Positions 1 through 12,613 of a DNA stretch of 64,000 bases are shown here, in pieces. How positions within the stretch are numbered: the first letter of the stretch is position 1; the number at the start of each line of letters is the position of its first letter. The translations under genes and the position numbers were made by a program. This DNA comes from Balanoglossus misakiensis (taxonomy: Eukaryota > Animalia > Hemichordata), in NCBI GenBank assembly GCA_040954595.2, contig CM082577.2:310001-374000 (forward strand), in the 5' to 3' direction. The notes below the pieces were generated by a model that was given only the letters and a program-made list of their open reading frames with translations, was not told the origin of the DNA and did not search any database.

Positions 1-2226
1 CGCATACTAGTATTTTTTCAACAATAAAATACTTAAATCTTCTCCCTATCCTTTAAAAGTATCCCCATTAAGTCTTATTACCTGTATTGTTATCATTTCG
101 GTATCTCTTGGCGACACGCACCACAATAGTTGTGTAGACTTGCTATGGAGGCCGATTAAACGGGTGAGACACCCGTTTAATATAACATGTTCGAATTGCA
201 TCATAGAGCTAATATCAGACGTACGCTTATTAAGATGGACCAATCTAATTTTGAAAGTAAAATCATTGCAACAATAAAAAAACGTTATCACATGAGCCTT
301 TAATACAATCTCCTGCATTTGCGACATACGTTTTCCCTGTTCGACGAATTTTAATTTTGTAGGATTACTTTACTGTCCTAAGTCTCTTACAAAAATCTTC
401 TTAGCATGATGTTGTAGGCCTTATGTGCTGTGCTCCATTAATCAATTTGCAAATGGCGGTTTGCTCCATCCAATCATGAAAAGGGATGTAGCATGCAAAT
501 GGCTGTCACGTGAAAATGTGCAATATTTCACCAGGAAGTACACACGACATAGTCATAACAAAGGATGGTCTGGGACAACCATGGTTGGGTGTATTTTCGC
601 CATTTAGTTGAGCGTTTCATATTTCCATGACGAGTGTTAGACTTTCTGATGATGAATCTTGGCACATCTTTTATAATCCACGTACACCCATACTCTGCAC
701 TGATCACTATCCGTCAACACACCTCTAAGTGTTACATAATTCATGAACCTTAAGCAACTAAAGTTTATTCAGGAACGTTCAACTGGTTTGAACTCAGTAG
801 TGTCATCACGGATCATTTCCTTTCTGAAAATTGGAGATGTATTCTCAATTATATTACAGTCATATCCGAAGGCATTTCCGATCGTTAAAATGAATCCATG
901 ACCATATAACATGACGGGTAACCCTGATTCCATGGAATTTTTTTAATAATATGAACGATTATTGCAATTAAAGGCCGCCTGAAGACCAGAAATGGCCACG
1001 ATACATCCTCTTAACGGATGGACTTGAAACGAAGTTTGAGGTTCAATTATCATCTCAAAAATCATACTTCATCTGTTCCGAAAACGGAACTTGATAAGCC
1101 AAGCCTTGGTCCTCTGTATATCATTGACTGACTTGGTATACATTCAAGTTTGCTTCTCGTCGGAGTTTCCTAATCCTTAGCATAGCTCGCAGACTATACG
1201 TTACTGATTGTCCTATGCTGACGTCACCCTTGAAACTACAGGAAATAAATGGGCACTTTAATAATATAACAAAGGGCAAAGCAGGGCAGTCTTTCGAGTG
1301 CCTGTGCTATTGTAAGTCCAGACTTCAAATCCCGTACAAATATCGGTGTATCTGTTTTGTAACTCTGAACATTCGACAAGAAACATTTGTGAAAATTATC
1401 TGTTTGCTGTTTACGTCTTAGAACAAATATATATTCACCTGAAAATTCTGTGGGTAAGATCAACCCCAACATATCGTGACGATTTCTACGAGATAGCCTA
1501 GTACAGTTTAACACAATAAATGGTGAATGGCCAAAGCGTTATTATAGAAATGTCTATGCTCATAATTGAGTTCCTTGTGAAAGCGAAAACGTGACTGCAG
1601 TCAGTAGCGATTGTCGGAATTATCTGTCTGATAAGAATTGTCGAATTCAGTCTATAGGGTATAATCGGCAGCTTTTCATTCATTTTTAAAAGATGAACTT
1701 TTGGAACTATATTTCCCATTTGAATGAAATCCCAGGCTAATTAAATAATTTGATTTCCTCCTTTTATTCATCGTTTATTATTCAACATTCTTCATATGCC
1801 GGACGTAAAATGTCATTTTATTTCAACGCCTTTTGTTATCTTTGATTGATTCTGGGTTTAGGTTAAGCATTGATAAGATGAACGTGAGCTCAGACAAATT
1901 GACAATTATAACAGGAATCGTTTTGGTATTAAATAAATTAAATTAATGGTTTTGATAAGTGAGTTGTTGTTGAGACAATAGAGAGAGGCTTTAATTTTGT
2001 TCACATCCCGAGGATTCCTTGACAATTAGGACTCTCTTACCTCGAAACTGATCCGCCAACTGCACTGACACCCGTTTGGCATGTCCTGCGTTCAACTAAC
2101 GAAGTCAGAAACGGGGCATGTTTCAGTATAATTGGTCGATTATGGCATAAATGAGCAAATCGCTTTCCTTCCGGATTGTGGAATCTGCCTATAGCGTGAC
2201 CTTCAAAGTGCAATTAGAGCACGTCG

Positions 2227-2400
2227 TTAAGGTAGTATGCGCCCCGAAAATCAAAGTCGTAAGCTTTTTTCTCAGTTAATTTGCTCAAGGCAACTTTAGA
2301 TTATTGGGAGAGAAAAAATGGAGGTCACCGTGTGACAAATGGCCGCCAATCTCTGTGTTAACTCTATGGATAAATCTTAAAACATAGTATATGTCATCGT
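2227..2400 (+). repeat. Probable truncated fragment of an interspersed TTAA-bounded DNA-transposon-like repeat
   Basis: Starts TTAAGGTAGTATGCGCC and contains AAATGGCCGCCAATCTCTGTGTTAACTCTATGG. It resembles, from memory only, an abundant acorn-worm repeat. No second end or second copy is visible in the window. Confidence 0.3.
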
Positions 2401-3803
2401 CACCGCAACTAGGTTTAAACAGATTCATTTTATAAACCAAGAAAAAACTCAAACATTTTAGTATGCCCCCCCCCCCCCCCAAACTGTGTCAATCATATAG
2501 GTTTCAATTCTCTAACATTTTCCGATTCACACAATCAACACTGCCATTCATGACTTGCTTTCGTATTAACCGGTTTTGACGTTTATCAAACTTTAAAGAA
2601 AAATCCACTTTTATAAATGAGGAATCAGTAATAGTGCACGTGTTCAAGTGGTGTGTTTTGACTAATTCCTAAAAACTTATAAAAAACGAAAGTTTTTTTT
2701 TGTTGCTAGTCCCTGTGAGGGCACTCTTTACATTTGCTTTAATCGCGATTGTACTTTTTCATGTCATTTTTCATTCTACAAGTTTCTGTCTGTTTGATCT
2801 GCTTTGCGTGTCGATTTTATTGTAAAAGAGTATTGGTTTATCAAAAGCATATGCAGTATGTGGTTATTAATAAAAATCTGAACTTTTTCATGCAAAACTT
2901 GATTCAGTGTGCAACGTATATGCCCCTTTTAAAGTTCAACATAGTCAAAGTCATTTTCATAATTGTTTTGTTTTACTTCGTTTCGACTATTAAATCATAT
3001 GAATCTGGCATATCTTTATTAAACGACCCCGGGCAGCAGTTGCCAAAAGTTCTTTTATATTTGTGATTATAATATTCCAGTGAACCGTATGTTCATTAAT
3101 AATTATCACTAGACAACAAGTTTCATACAATGAATCTGTATTGGAATAGTGCAAAATAACGTATACGCTGTCCTTATTCTATAAAACAGTATACAATGTC
3201 AACAACCGTAGTACTAGAAAGCAGCTTAGATTTATATATTCCAAATTACAGTTTTTAAGGAAGTTTTCTTCATAGAATAGTTTGAGTTTGCCCAATCATT
3301 ACAGCCTTCCAGAGACACGAAAACATAGCATTTATTTAAATACTATTATCAAGACACAAATTCACACGGCAGTATGATATATGTGGATAGTAATATAAGT
3401 TTGAAACGTCTTTGATTCAACGATCAAAACCTCATTCCCCTCTAAGATAATGGTATGGTCTTCTGACTTCCGCGTTTCGCATTCTGCCTCTCATGATTGG
3501 GTACTACTACATCTTTGCTACTATAGTGATGTTGATAATTTGCAACACTGTCGCTCAGGCCCGATTTCCAACGAGCTTTCGGATGTACGTTTTAAACTAG
3601 GTCTCATCATTGTCACAGAAGAGAGACTTACACGATTCTTTGGAGGAGATGGTTACATCCCCGGTCATTTGGAGTTATTTTTACAGGAGTTCATATTAAA
3701 AGCGGCCAACACGTCAAAACTCAAACTGTTATCCTCACATTTCGAGCAGAGGCGACGGACCAAGAACCCATCGTCTGCTGCCTTGTCGTCATCATCCGTT
3801 GTG

Positions 3804-6800
3804 ATGCCTTCCCGTCTTTCTCCGCACGAAGCAGGTATTGTCACTTTACAAGATTCTCAAAATCAATCGGGAGAGCACGATAACAAAACATTCAGATCTT
3901 TTACAGATCATTGCACATGTGGTCATCAGGCACTATACTATGTAATACATGAGACAAGATAAACAACCCCGAAAATGGTTTGAAAAGTTAACTTAATCAC
4001 CACCCATAATCACCTCAGCTATAATCAATTTCGATCCAGCTTTGCGCGAAAGCCAAAGAACTAAACTTTTCAGTATTTAATTTTTTTCTTGAAACATTGC
4101 CTCCGACGTTGGTATTAGTTTGTCTCGGAATATTCTGGGTTGTACCCACCATTATTTACATAGAGTTCGGACCAGACAATTTATCTAAGAAGCACAACAT
4201 GTACATTAAAATCTAGTCTGACACATGTGCAGACGCTTATAATAAAATCAATCAACGTGAGTATACTTTATCAAGGTCTGTACTCTCTGGTTTAATTGCG
4301 GCTGTGGTCTCTGACTTCAGCTTAGTGTGATCAGCTTTCTTTACATTTTCATGATGAAGTGAAGTGAAAAAATCATTAAATATCTTGTAATTGTATACTT
4401 TGTAAGAGCCCTGTCTACTGTATTAAAGAGTTACTGAGAGATGAGAATGAAAACTGTGTGACAGTGCAGCTCTGGCCAGCGTCAGATTAGAACTCAAACC
4501 TGACATTTTAGATGAGCCAAATCTTCACTGTTTTGGCACTGTTGTCATGACAACCTGACATGGGCCTTTAGTACTTGCATTGTTGTAAGACAACTTAGCA
4601 GGAAGTGGAATTTGGTTCAGTATTCTATACACATTCAGTGAGAGGGAGACAGCTACGTAAATCTCTACATTGTGAGACTATACACACAATGCAGATTTTA
4701 TTAGGTTTCCATGTCCCATTCAGTCTTGAAATGCCAAATCTGCTGTTGTATTCATCGTGTTACCTGTTATTTTTTTTAGTTCCTATCATATCTGATTTGT
4801 TGCGCATGTTCATTATTTGCTAAAAGGTTGGGGAAAATTGCTAAATAATTTGGCACTCTTGTACCCATTACCGTAATTTTACTGCATTGATTACCAATTA
4901 AAGGGAGAACCTGGGTAAAATGACTGCATGGAGATTCACCTTTGTAACATTTGCTTGGGTACCGCCCTTAGATAAAAATGCTATACAAGAGCATGTACAG
5001 CATCAACTTCTACGGACGATAATGTCAGGGCAGGTACTTATTAATGTGCAGTTATCTTTGATATTTCTTCCTAAAAGACATTTGTCAAGCCACCAGTTTT
5101 GTCTCTCGTTTAACCCTGTACAAAATCGCACCCAAATCTTTTTTTACATTCTGTACATTGAATATTTGGGGCTTTTGTTAATGAATGATGCTGAAGATAA
5201 AGAAAACTTCTGATTTCTAATCTGTCTAACGGGCACGAGGATAGATGCTTCTGACTGTTTCGCTTTATTTATTGTCAATTGAGAGAATGAATTGCCAATT
5301 CTGGAATTCCCCCAGAGGATCATACCTGTCCTGAATTACAACTCTTCTGATTTAGCTTTTTAGAAACATCTGGTCAGATTTCTTGCTTTGTTGCCATCCA
5401 AATGCCTTACATGCATCAAGTACTAGAATTACATTATTTTAATAAAACAATTTCTTCTCAGAAATCATTGGTCAAATTTCATTGACAGTTGGTTGGCAAG
5501 GTCCCAAGGTATTTTCATATATGGTGATGTGTATTAAAATTAAGGTGAAAATATCAAAATTGCATTCTTGGCAATTTTTGTCACTTTTGATTTTAAAAAT
5601 TGTATTGCTCTATTTTTTCATAAATCTTAATTCTCCTTGTTGTTGCAGGTGAGTGTTAAAAATTAATTGATCAGTGTGAGATCATACATGTCGCACCATT
5701 TCTGATCAAATGGGAGCACAGTGTCCTTGATGCTATTATTTTGTTTACATTTTGTTTTAAATCATAGTTGATGCAGTATGTTTGTTCTGGTTAGCCTTTA
5801 CAGGTGAGCTGAAGGCACTCAAAGTTAACCTTGATAATGGACTGGTAAGTACAAGGAAAACTGTCACCACTACATCTGTTATTAAACGCAATTTACATTT
5901 TCTTTCAAATATCACATGGCACATATGTCAGCTGAAAGTACTGTAAGATATGTATTTGATGATGAATTGCAATAACTTTACTGGAGAATCATTACACACT
6001 CCTTTTATGAAGATAGTCACATATGAGATACATACCCTTCCCCAAAAAATCAAATATATATTTCATATGATTGCTAACAAGAATTTTCCAGTGCCTACAA
6101 ATAACTAAAGTGACAAAAACTGCCACATGATTCCCATTTACAGCCTGCTGATCATAAAATGTTTGACCACAGCATGGATTAGATTTCACATTTGCGTGCG
6201 CTACCTTCAGGGTTATATACCTGATGTTTTTCTTATCGCTGCTCCTCGAGTCCCATGTGATGCCATTAAAACCGCCATCTAAAATTAATATCATTTATCA
6301 GCTAAATGCACACACATATTCCAAGCTCTCTTAAAATAGATTTGAGATCTCATTATTATTATGTTATCTCTCCTGTTATTATGGTAAAGTCTCGTATGCT
6401 TTAATTATGGGTATTTTTTTCCTTCTATAATATTTGCTGGTATCTGACAAATTTGGCCTTAGATTGTTTGTGCATGCGCTTAAAAAGTCATTCACTCAGT
6501 TGTTGGTTGATTTGAAGAGTTTTTTAGTCAGATGGTATGGTATTTTTGAAATTTAAATCATTTAACTCTTGTGTTTTTAATTATTGTCATATTGTGCTCA
6601 GGATCCAAACAGCAGAGATCCATTCGGATTGACATTGATACATAAAGCGGCAATGAACGGTGCCTTAAGATGCGTACAGTTGCTTGTGGAGAGAGGGGCT
6701 CAGGTCAACTCGACTGATCTTACTGGTAAGTTCAAATATGCTCAGTTTGGATAAGGAATGGGAAGGTGGGAAGAAAATGTGTCACAGTGTCGTACAAGAT

Positions 6801-9800
6801 TTTTGTCTTGATGTAATTTAGAATTCGATGTACATAGCGAGTCACAGCAATTTCTTGTGATTTTACAGATGACGAATCACTGTGGGTTTTGGACCGTGAA
6901 CCAATAGTATTGACATTGATCCAGCAATCAGGGATGTGTATCTAATTTTCAGGGTGTTGGAAAGAGCCTGATAATGGGCAGAAAAATACAGTCGGTAATG
7001 ACTGTGCCCTAGGTCAGTGAATTACTGGGGTTAATGGATGGGAATGCACAATTCATGCATGAGTACTCTTTCCTTCCAGTATTTGGTACACTCCTCAGAG
7101 AAGTATAGATAAATAATATAAACATATATCTATTGCTTGCATTTGCATGACGTTACTTTAATTACACCACTGTTTGGAAGTTTGTGAAAATGAAAATTAG
7201 CTGATCGCTGATGGATATCAATGGCACATCTACATCATTGAAATGCCAATGAAGTGTCAAAATAATTATTATCAAAAGGGAAATGGCTTCAACAAATGGA
7301 AAATGTCAATCGGTTCATAAAAATTCGATGAAGCCACTCTGAGTGTCTTTTGACCTATGTTTGAATTTGGACAGTTTCAGATGTTGACGTACAATAATAA
7401 TTATTTGATTTCAAGGTTAAAATCTTGGTGTACATGTACGTGTCAAACAGCATTTCCAAATCATCAACAAAAAGAAAAAAATGCCAAAATGGATTCAAAA
7501 GGGAGTAAGCTAAGTATGGGGAGGGTTTATAATGTGCAGCTGCAGATGATTGATGTACATGTACGGTACAGAGTAACATTTGAGGTTACATCCAAATAAG
7601 TAGTCAAACCCTGAATTTCAGAATCTACATCAAATCATTAATTAAGAATGTCAATTTCTGACTATAACAATTAAGGAGTCACATTTGGATTACAGGGAAC
7701 AGACAAAGAAAGTCACCCAGGCCAGTGTAAATGTATTTTTTCTAAAGCTGTCTGCTTTTAATTAGAATTTCTCAGTTGTTTTAGTGTTATAAGTAGGGCA
7801 ATCATTTCGTAGCATTAGGTTATGTGCTGTGCATTGAAATCACTGTATACATCATGAAGCCATCTGAATTGTATTGCCCATGACATCTGTAAATTGCAGT
7901 CTGTGAAATCATGTATTGTACTAGAAAGATCTGAGATCGCCATTCATGTTGCATGATGACTTGTTGATAAATGTTGAAGAGACTTCAATACACCAGGCTT
8001 TCATTGTGTGGCAGATGTTTTAAGTTACAGCTGATAAAGTATACGTACATGTGTGTATGAATGCATACACACTGAACATTTATCCCTTGAGCTACATCTC
8101 AACACATTCTTTAACACTCATTACCATAGCAATGGAGGCGACAGTTGAGGCATTAAAATATTGCTTCCCAATGGCCTAACTTCTCAGCACACGCAGATCT
8201 TTTGTTACGGTCAGTTTCCATGGCAACATGGGATTTGATGGCAATCTCATCTTTTCCATCTTGATCATTTCTCCACAAAGCCTGTATCACGTTCAGCTTG
8301 TGGTGGTTTGGATTATTGTAGTTGCATGGGAAAATTCATCTCAGTCGCTCTTCTTAAATTTGAGAGATTATAAACCGTCTGTTGATTGGGCTTCTTGGAA
8401 TGTTTTTGAAGGGTTGTTAAAATACTGCCCCACAAAATAACTTGGCATATCTGCAAAGCATTAATATCCTGCATTGAAAAGAATTGATTTTTTTGCTTGA
8501 AGGAATCATAGTTTATCATGAAATCTGTATAGCCCTCTGATTTTGCCTATCATAGCAAACAGACTTTAATTTTTTATTCCTGATAACAGCATTGGCCACT
8601 GTGTAACCGATGGAGACTGAAAGACCTGAAGTATTGAAGACTACTTCAAAAGAAATAATATTTAAAGGGACATATATTAAAGCTGACGTGACTTTTGATA
8701 ATTATGTTTTCAGTATATTTGCTCTGTGTATCCACTCCAGTTTTATATCTCCCTACAGCATGTTGAAAAAGAACAAATACTACTATGACCAAATTGTTGA
8801 CAATGGCAAGCAATTTGAAACATCAATAAATAATATTGCTTATTCAAATTATTGCTGTCATCAAAATCACTGCAGTACGTTATCAGCAGACATGGATGTC
8901 CTTATAGTCAACATCTGATCAGACTGTGTAGAAGACAATAGTTCATCTTCAAAAAAAAGATGTTGTTTTGAAAAACATTGCAGCATCATTCTACTGGCAG
9001 ACAATATCAGTGCATTCAATAATACTTCAGTAGGGGATATTGCCAAGTACTATCATATGTGTGTGTCTCAGCCAATCACAAAATCTGCGGGGTGTTTTTT
9101 TAATTTTTCTTATTGGTGTAAGACATACCTCTATTAATTTTGTGTTGTAAATGGTACACATTATATGGGGATGTGCATGTAGCTATTAAAGTTCAGAAAT
9201 ATGACTCTGGGAAATCACAAGCATGCAAGAAGTGGGATTGAAGATTAGAAAATCATTGATGGTGATATGGAAGTAGTGTATATGTGCGTTCTCTTTCAGG
9301 AAAAATGTATACCGAAAGATTGTAACCGTGCATCAAACTAAAGGTCATAATCAAATCAAAATTGTTTCATTTTAACCATACTCATCCACGTACGTGACAG
9401 AAAACATGTTTTTGCTTATAACTCCAACACTGACATCGAAGTCCAGCTAGTGCTGTGATTATCCTCGTCGCCAAGGCCCAGTGTGCCCAAAGGACTTGTT
9501 ATTGCATTGTATGTGATTTGCTGTGTTTGTGGCGGAAAATTGCTCTGGTAGCCTTCATTTCAATTGACATTTCTATGACATACAATATACACCATTGCTA
9601 TAACCTTTCTTTGCTTATTAGAGTTCGTTGCCATTGTGAGAAAGAAATTGAATGCCAATTACTTTGTGAAATTAAAACCACTGACTAAATTCAAACTTCA
9701 AAAAGTGCTGTCAGGAAATACATCGTGACTTACAGCTGAAAGGAAAATTGGCTGATACATGAGTCTATGTACTCAAAAGCATGTTATTCATGTTCCGCTA

Positions 9801-11007
9801 GGCCCAAAGAGAAATTTTATCCAAGGATATAAAGTAAACACTATGTCACCTTTCTTGTTTTTGTGATACACCCTTTCAGATCTTTCTACCATAGAGAAAC
9901 TGGGAGTGCAAGAAAAATGCTGACTCAGTATTTTACACCATATTCTAAACCTAAGCTTCTGTAAAGTCAAAAAGTAAAATGGGAGCACCCTATTTATTTT
10001 TGTGTTTGAAATTCCTTGATGTACAAAATAAGTAAAAATAAAAAAAATAACAATATTATGTATTGTTTAATTTTGAATAGTCCCTCACCTTTATTCTCAC
10101 TAACAGATACATACTACATCCCTCACATGATTGTGTTTCACTGACACTGTCCAACAGGAGCAGCCTTTCAGCCTTTATCAGCACGATTATAAGAATGCTG
10201 TCAGCCATTCCTTCGAATTGCAGCGGATGATTAACCTGGTGCAGTGTACGACAGTGCCAGATAGACTTCATGGCTCCTCACTCAAGGTTTATTAACACTG
10301 TCACACCTCAAGATATCAGATCTGTTCTCAGTTATCAGGCAGATTTACTTTTTAAATAAGTTTAATTAAATGATTTTCTATTAGTTTTACATGTTGCAAA
10401 ATTCATGCATTTTGCAGGGCAGACTCCTCTACACTATGCGGCAGCTAATGGTTACATAGATGTTGTTAAATGGCTGGCTGAAAAAGGCCATGCAAGTACC
10501 TCAGCAAAAACTAATAAAGGCCACACAGCAAGATACATGGCCAAGTCACGGGGACAGATAAAAGTGGTGACCTTCCTGAATGAACTTGGTGAGAGACTTA
10601 TCTATACAGTGCCTCAGTGAATTCTTATTTAATATTCCTGATCTATGACATCTTTTACTGTAGATGGAGTTTGTTCAAATGAAGTCGTCATGAGCAGAAA
10701 AAAGTAAAAATCATTACTCATGCTACAAATTGGCACAAATATAGATCGTGTGACATATTGTTATGACTTTTCATTATAAATGATTTTCATCATGTACTCT
10801 AATGGACATGTGCACATCATAGTGCCAGATAAATATTTTGTTAGAAACATTGTCAGAGACATTATGCAGATATACCTTCACTGACTTGATCTCACCATGA
10901 TTCCTTTAATGATTTCTTCATCTATTATGTCATTGACAGTGAATAATATTACCTTTGTTTCACACACAGAGAATAAAATGGAAGGTAACACATGGATGGG
11001 AACTTGA
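3804..11007 (+). CDS. Small ankyrin-repeat protein (~137 aa, about 4 repeats), 5 coding exons
   Basis: Exons 3804-3834, 5795-5844, 6602-6725, 10418-10588, 10970-11007; all introns GT-AG with consistent phases (1,0,1,1). Product MPSRLSPHEAAFTGELKALKVNLDNGLDPNSRDPFGLTLIHKAAMNGALRCVQLLVERGAQVNSTDLTGQTPLHYAAANGYIDVVKWLAEKGHASTSAKTNKGHTARYMAKSRGQIKVVTFLNELENKMEGNTWMGT* has ankyrin G-x-T-P-L-H-x-A-A motifs. The first and last exons are the least certain. Confidence 0.85.
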
Positions 11008-11594
11008 TAAACAAGACTACAAGAAAAATTTCCATTCAATGAAGCCATCTTACATGGTGTACAGAGCTCCTTACAGTCACACATCATGGCTTCATTGTAT
11101 GTCTCCTTATGCCCATATAGGCTGTACAGTTTGCACTATGCCAAGTTTCCCAGTGTATACTTTGGAGGGCCAGATTTCTCAGTATACTTGTATGGACCAC
11201 TGTTACTTAGTTTCACCATCACCGCTGTCAAAAAGTTTCCATTAAAATGACCTAAATTTACTGCAGAAATAAACATGATCTGTCAGTATCAGAAGAGTGT
11301 ACATTCCAATTGCATTTTATAGATATCTAAAGAATTCTAAAGACTATATAATTTCTGTTGAAGTTTATATTATTTTTAATTGGCGTCTATAGATTTCTAT
11401 GGAGTTTCGACCCCTTTCCTACTTAATTCTGTTTGCACATGAATTAATTGTTGCTAGTTCCAGGAACACTTTGCAGTTTCCAATCAATCAACTGCAATTT
11501 TGCATATCAAATGAACTTTTGTAAACTAAGTGATGTATATCAGAATTTACTGGACATAATTTGATGAAACATGTTATATTGATCTTCCAGAGAT

Positions 11595-11674
11595 CTGACT
11601 ATAAATTTAATATATTTGTGCTGACTATATATTTAATATATTTGTGCTGACTATATATTTAATATATTTGTGCT
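11595..11674. repeat. Minisatellite, 3 copies of a 26-bp unit (CTGACTATATATTTAATATATTTGTG)
   Basis: Copies start at 11595, 11621 and 11647; one mismatch in the first copy. Confidence 0.9.
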
Positions 11675-12613
11675 ATTATCACTATAAATCCAGAGTTACT
11701 GAACAAATTGTATGAAACTTGCTATAAGTACTGATTTCATAATGATTGTAATAGATAGTAGATATACTGAAAACAGTGATGAGTTTCATGAAAATTTATT
11801 GCGAGTTTGCAGATTTTCACTTTTTTGTCAAATCTCATACTATATGTGAGTATATTCAAGTCATATCTTATCCATGGTTGAAGTTTAGAGCGTTATTTTT
11901 TATGTTTGCAAACAGAGGCGAGTTCATTAAAAACTAATTTGCACAAGAGAATTTTTATTATTTACATTTTGCAACAATTGGGCCAATTCAATGGTTGTAA
12001 GATCAGTACTGTACTTTTTACATAATGTTTTGGATTGGCAAAGCTTTGTTGATTTTTTTTTATTTATGCTGATCTCATCACAGAAGGATTGGGAATGTTG
12101 TCTGAAGTCACTGTCTGTCACTGTATTTGTAGTTCCTGTTTTACTAATCAAAACGTGTCAAAATGTCTGATGAAAATTAAAGAAACCACCAGGATTAACA
12201 TAATGTTATGACATTTATTTATTCATCTTCATTTATAAAATGAAAACATTAAAACATTATAATATTAAAGATCTGCTTTATAAATGGCTAATAAAAACTA
12301 TATGTATGTGATAAATAAATATGTTAGAAAACATATTCAAACCAAATTATACAAATGTAGGCCTGACTTGATTTTGAAAACATCTACAAAGTTATATCAA
12401 ACTGCAACCTCAGCAAGTGTGTGTGCTTGATTCAGAAAGAATATCATAAAACATTTCCTATTTACACGATTGAAACGTATTTCTCCTTTCCGTCTCAACC
12501 CCATTTCCATGAGTATTCATATAACCATGTTGAACTTCCTGTTGTAAGACAAGTTAGAACCACTTGGAAATCGCACAGATCTCACATCGTTTCAACTTTT
12601 AGCAGTTTTACTC

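Noticed and set aside
46-1800. Short ORFs suggesting a decayed transposon or pseudogene
   Set aside because: Manual translation of several frames showed no transposase, RT or other recognisable motif.
3450-3962. 170-aa ORF, in frame with the ankyrin start; possible 118-aa N-terminal extension
   Set aside because: No recognisable domain. Promoter-like motifs (ACTTCCG 3466-3472, reverse CCAAT 3496-3500) lie downstream of ATG 3450, so that ATG is probably not transcribed. Only 3804-3834 is modelled as coding.
10955-11245. 96-aa ORF after the ankyrin exons
   Set aside because: Wrong frame for the phase-1 acceptor at 10970; the spliced frame stops at 11007, so this is 3' UTR.
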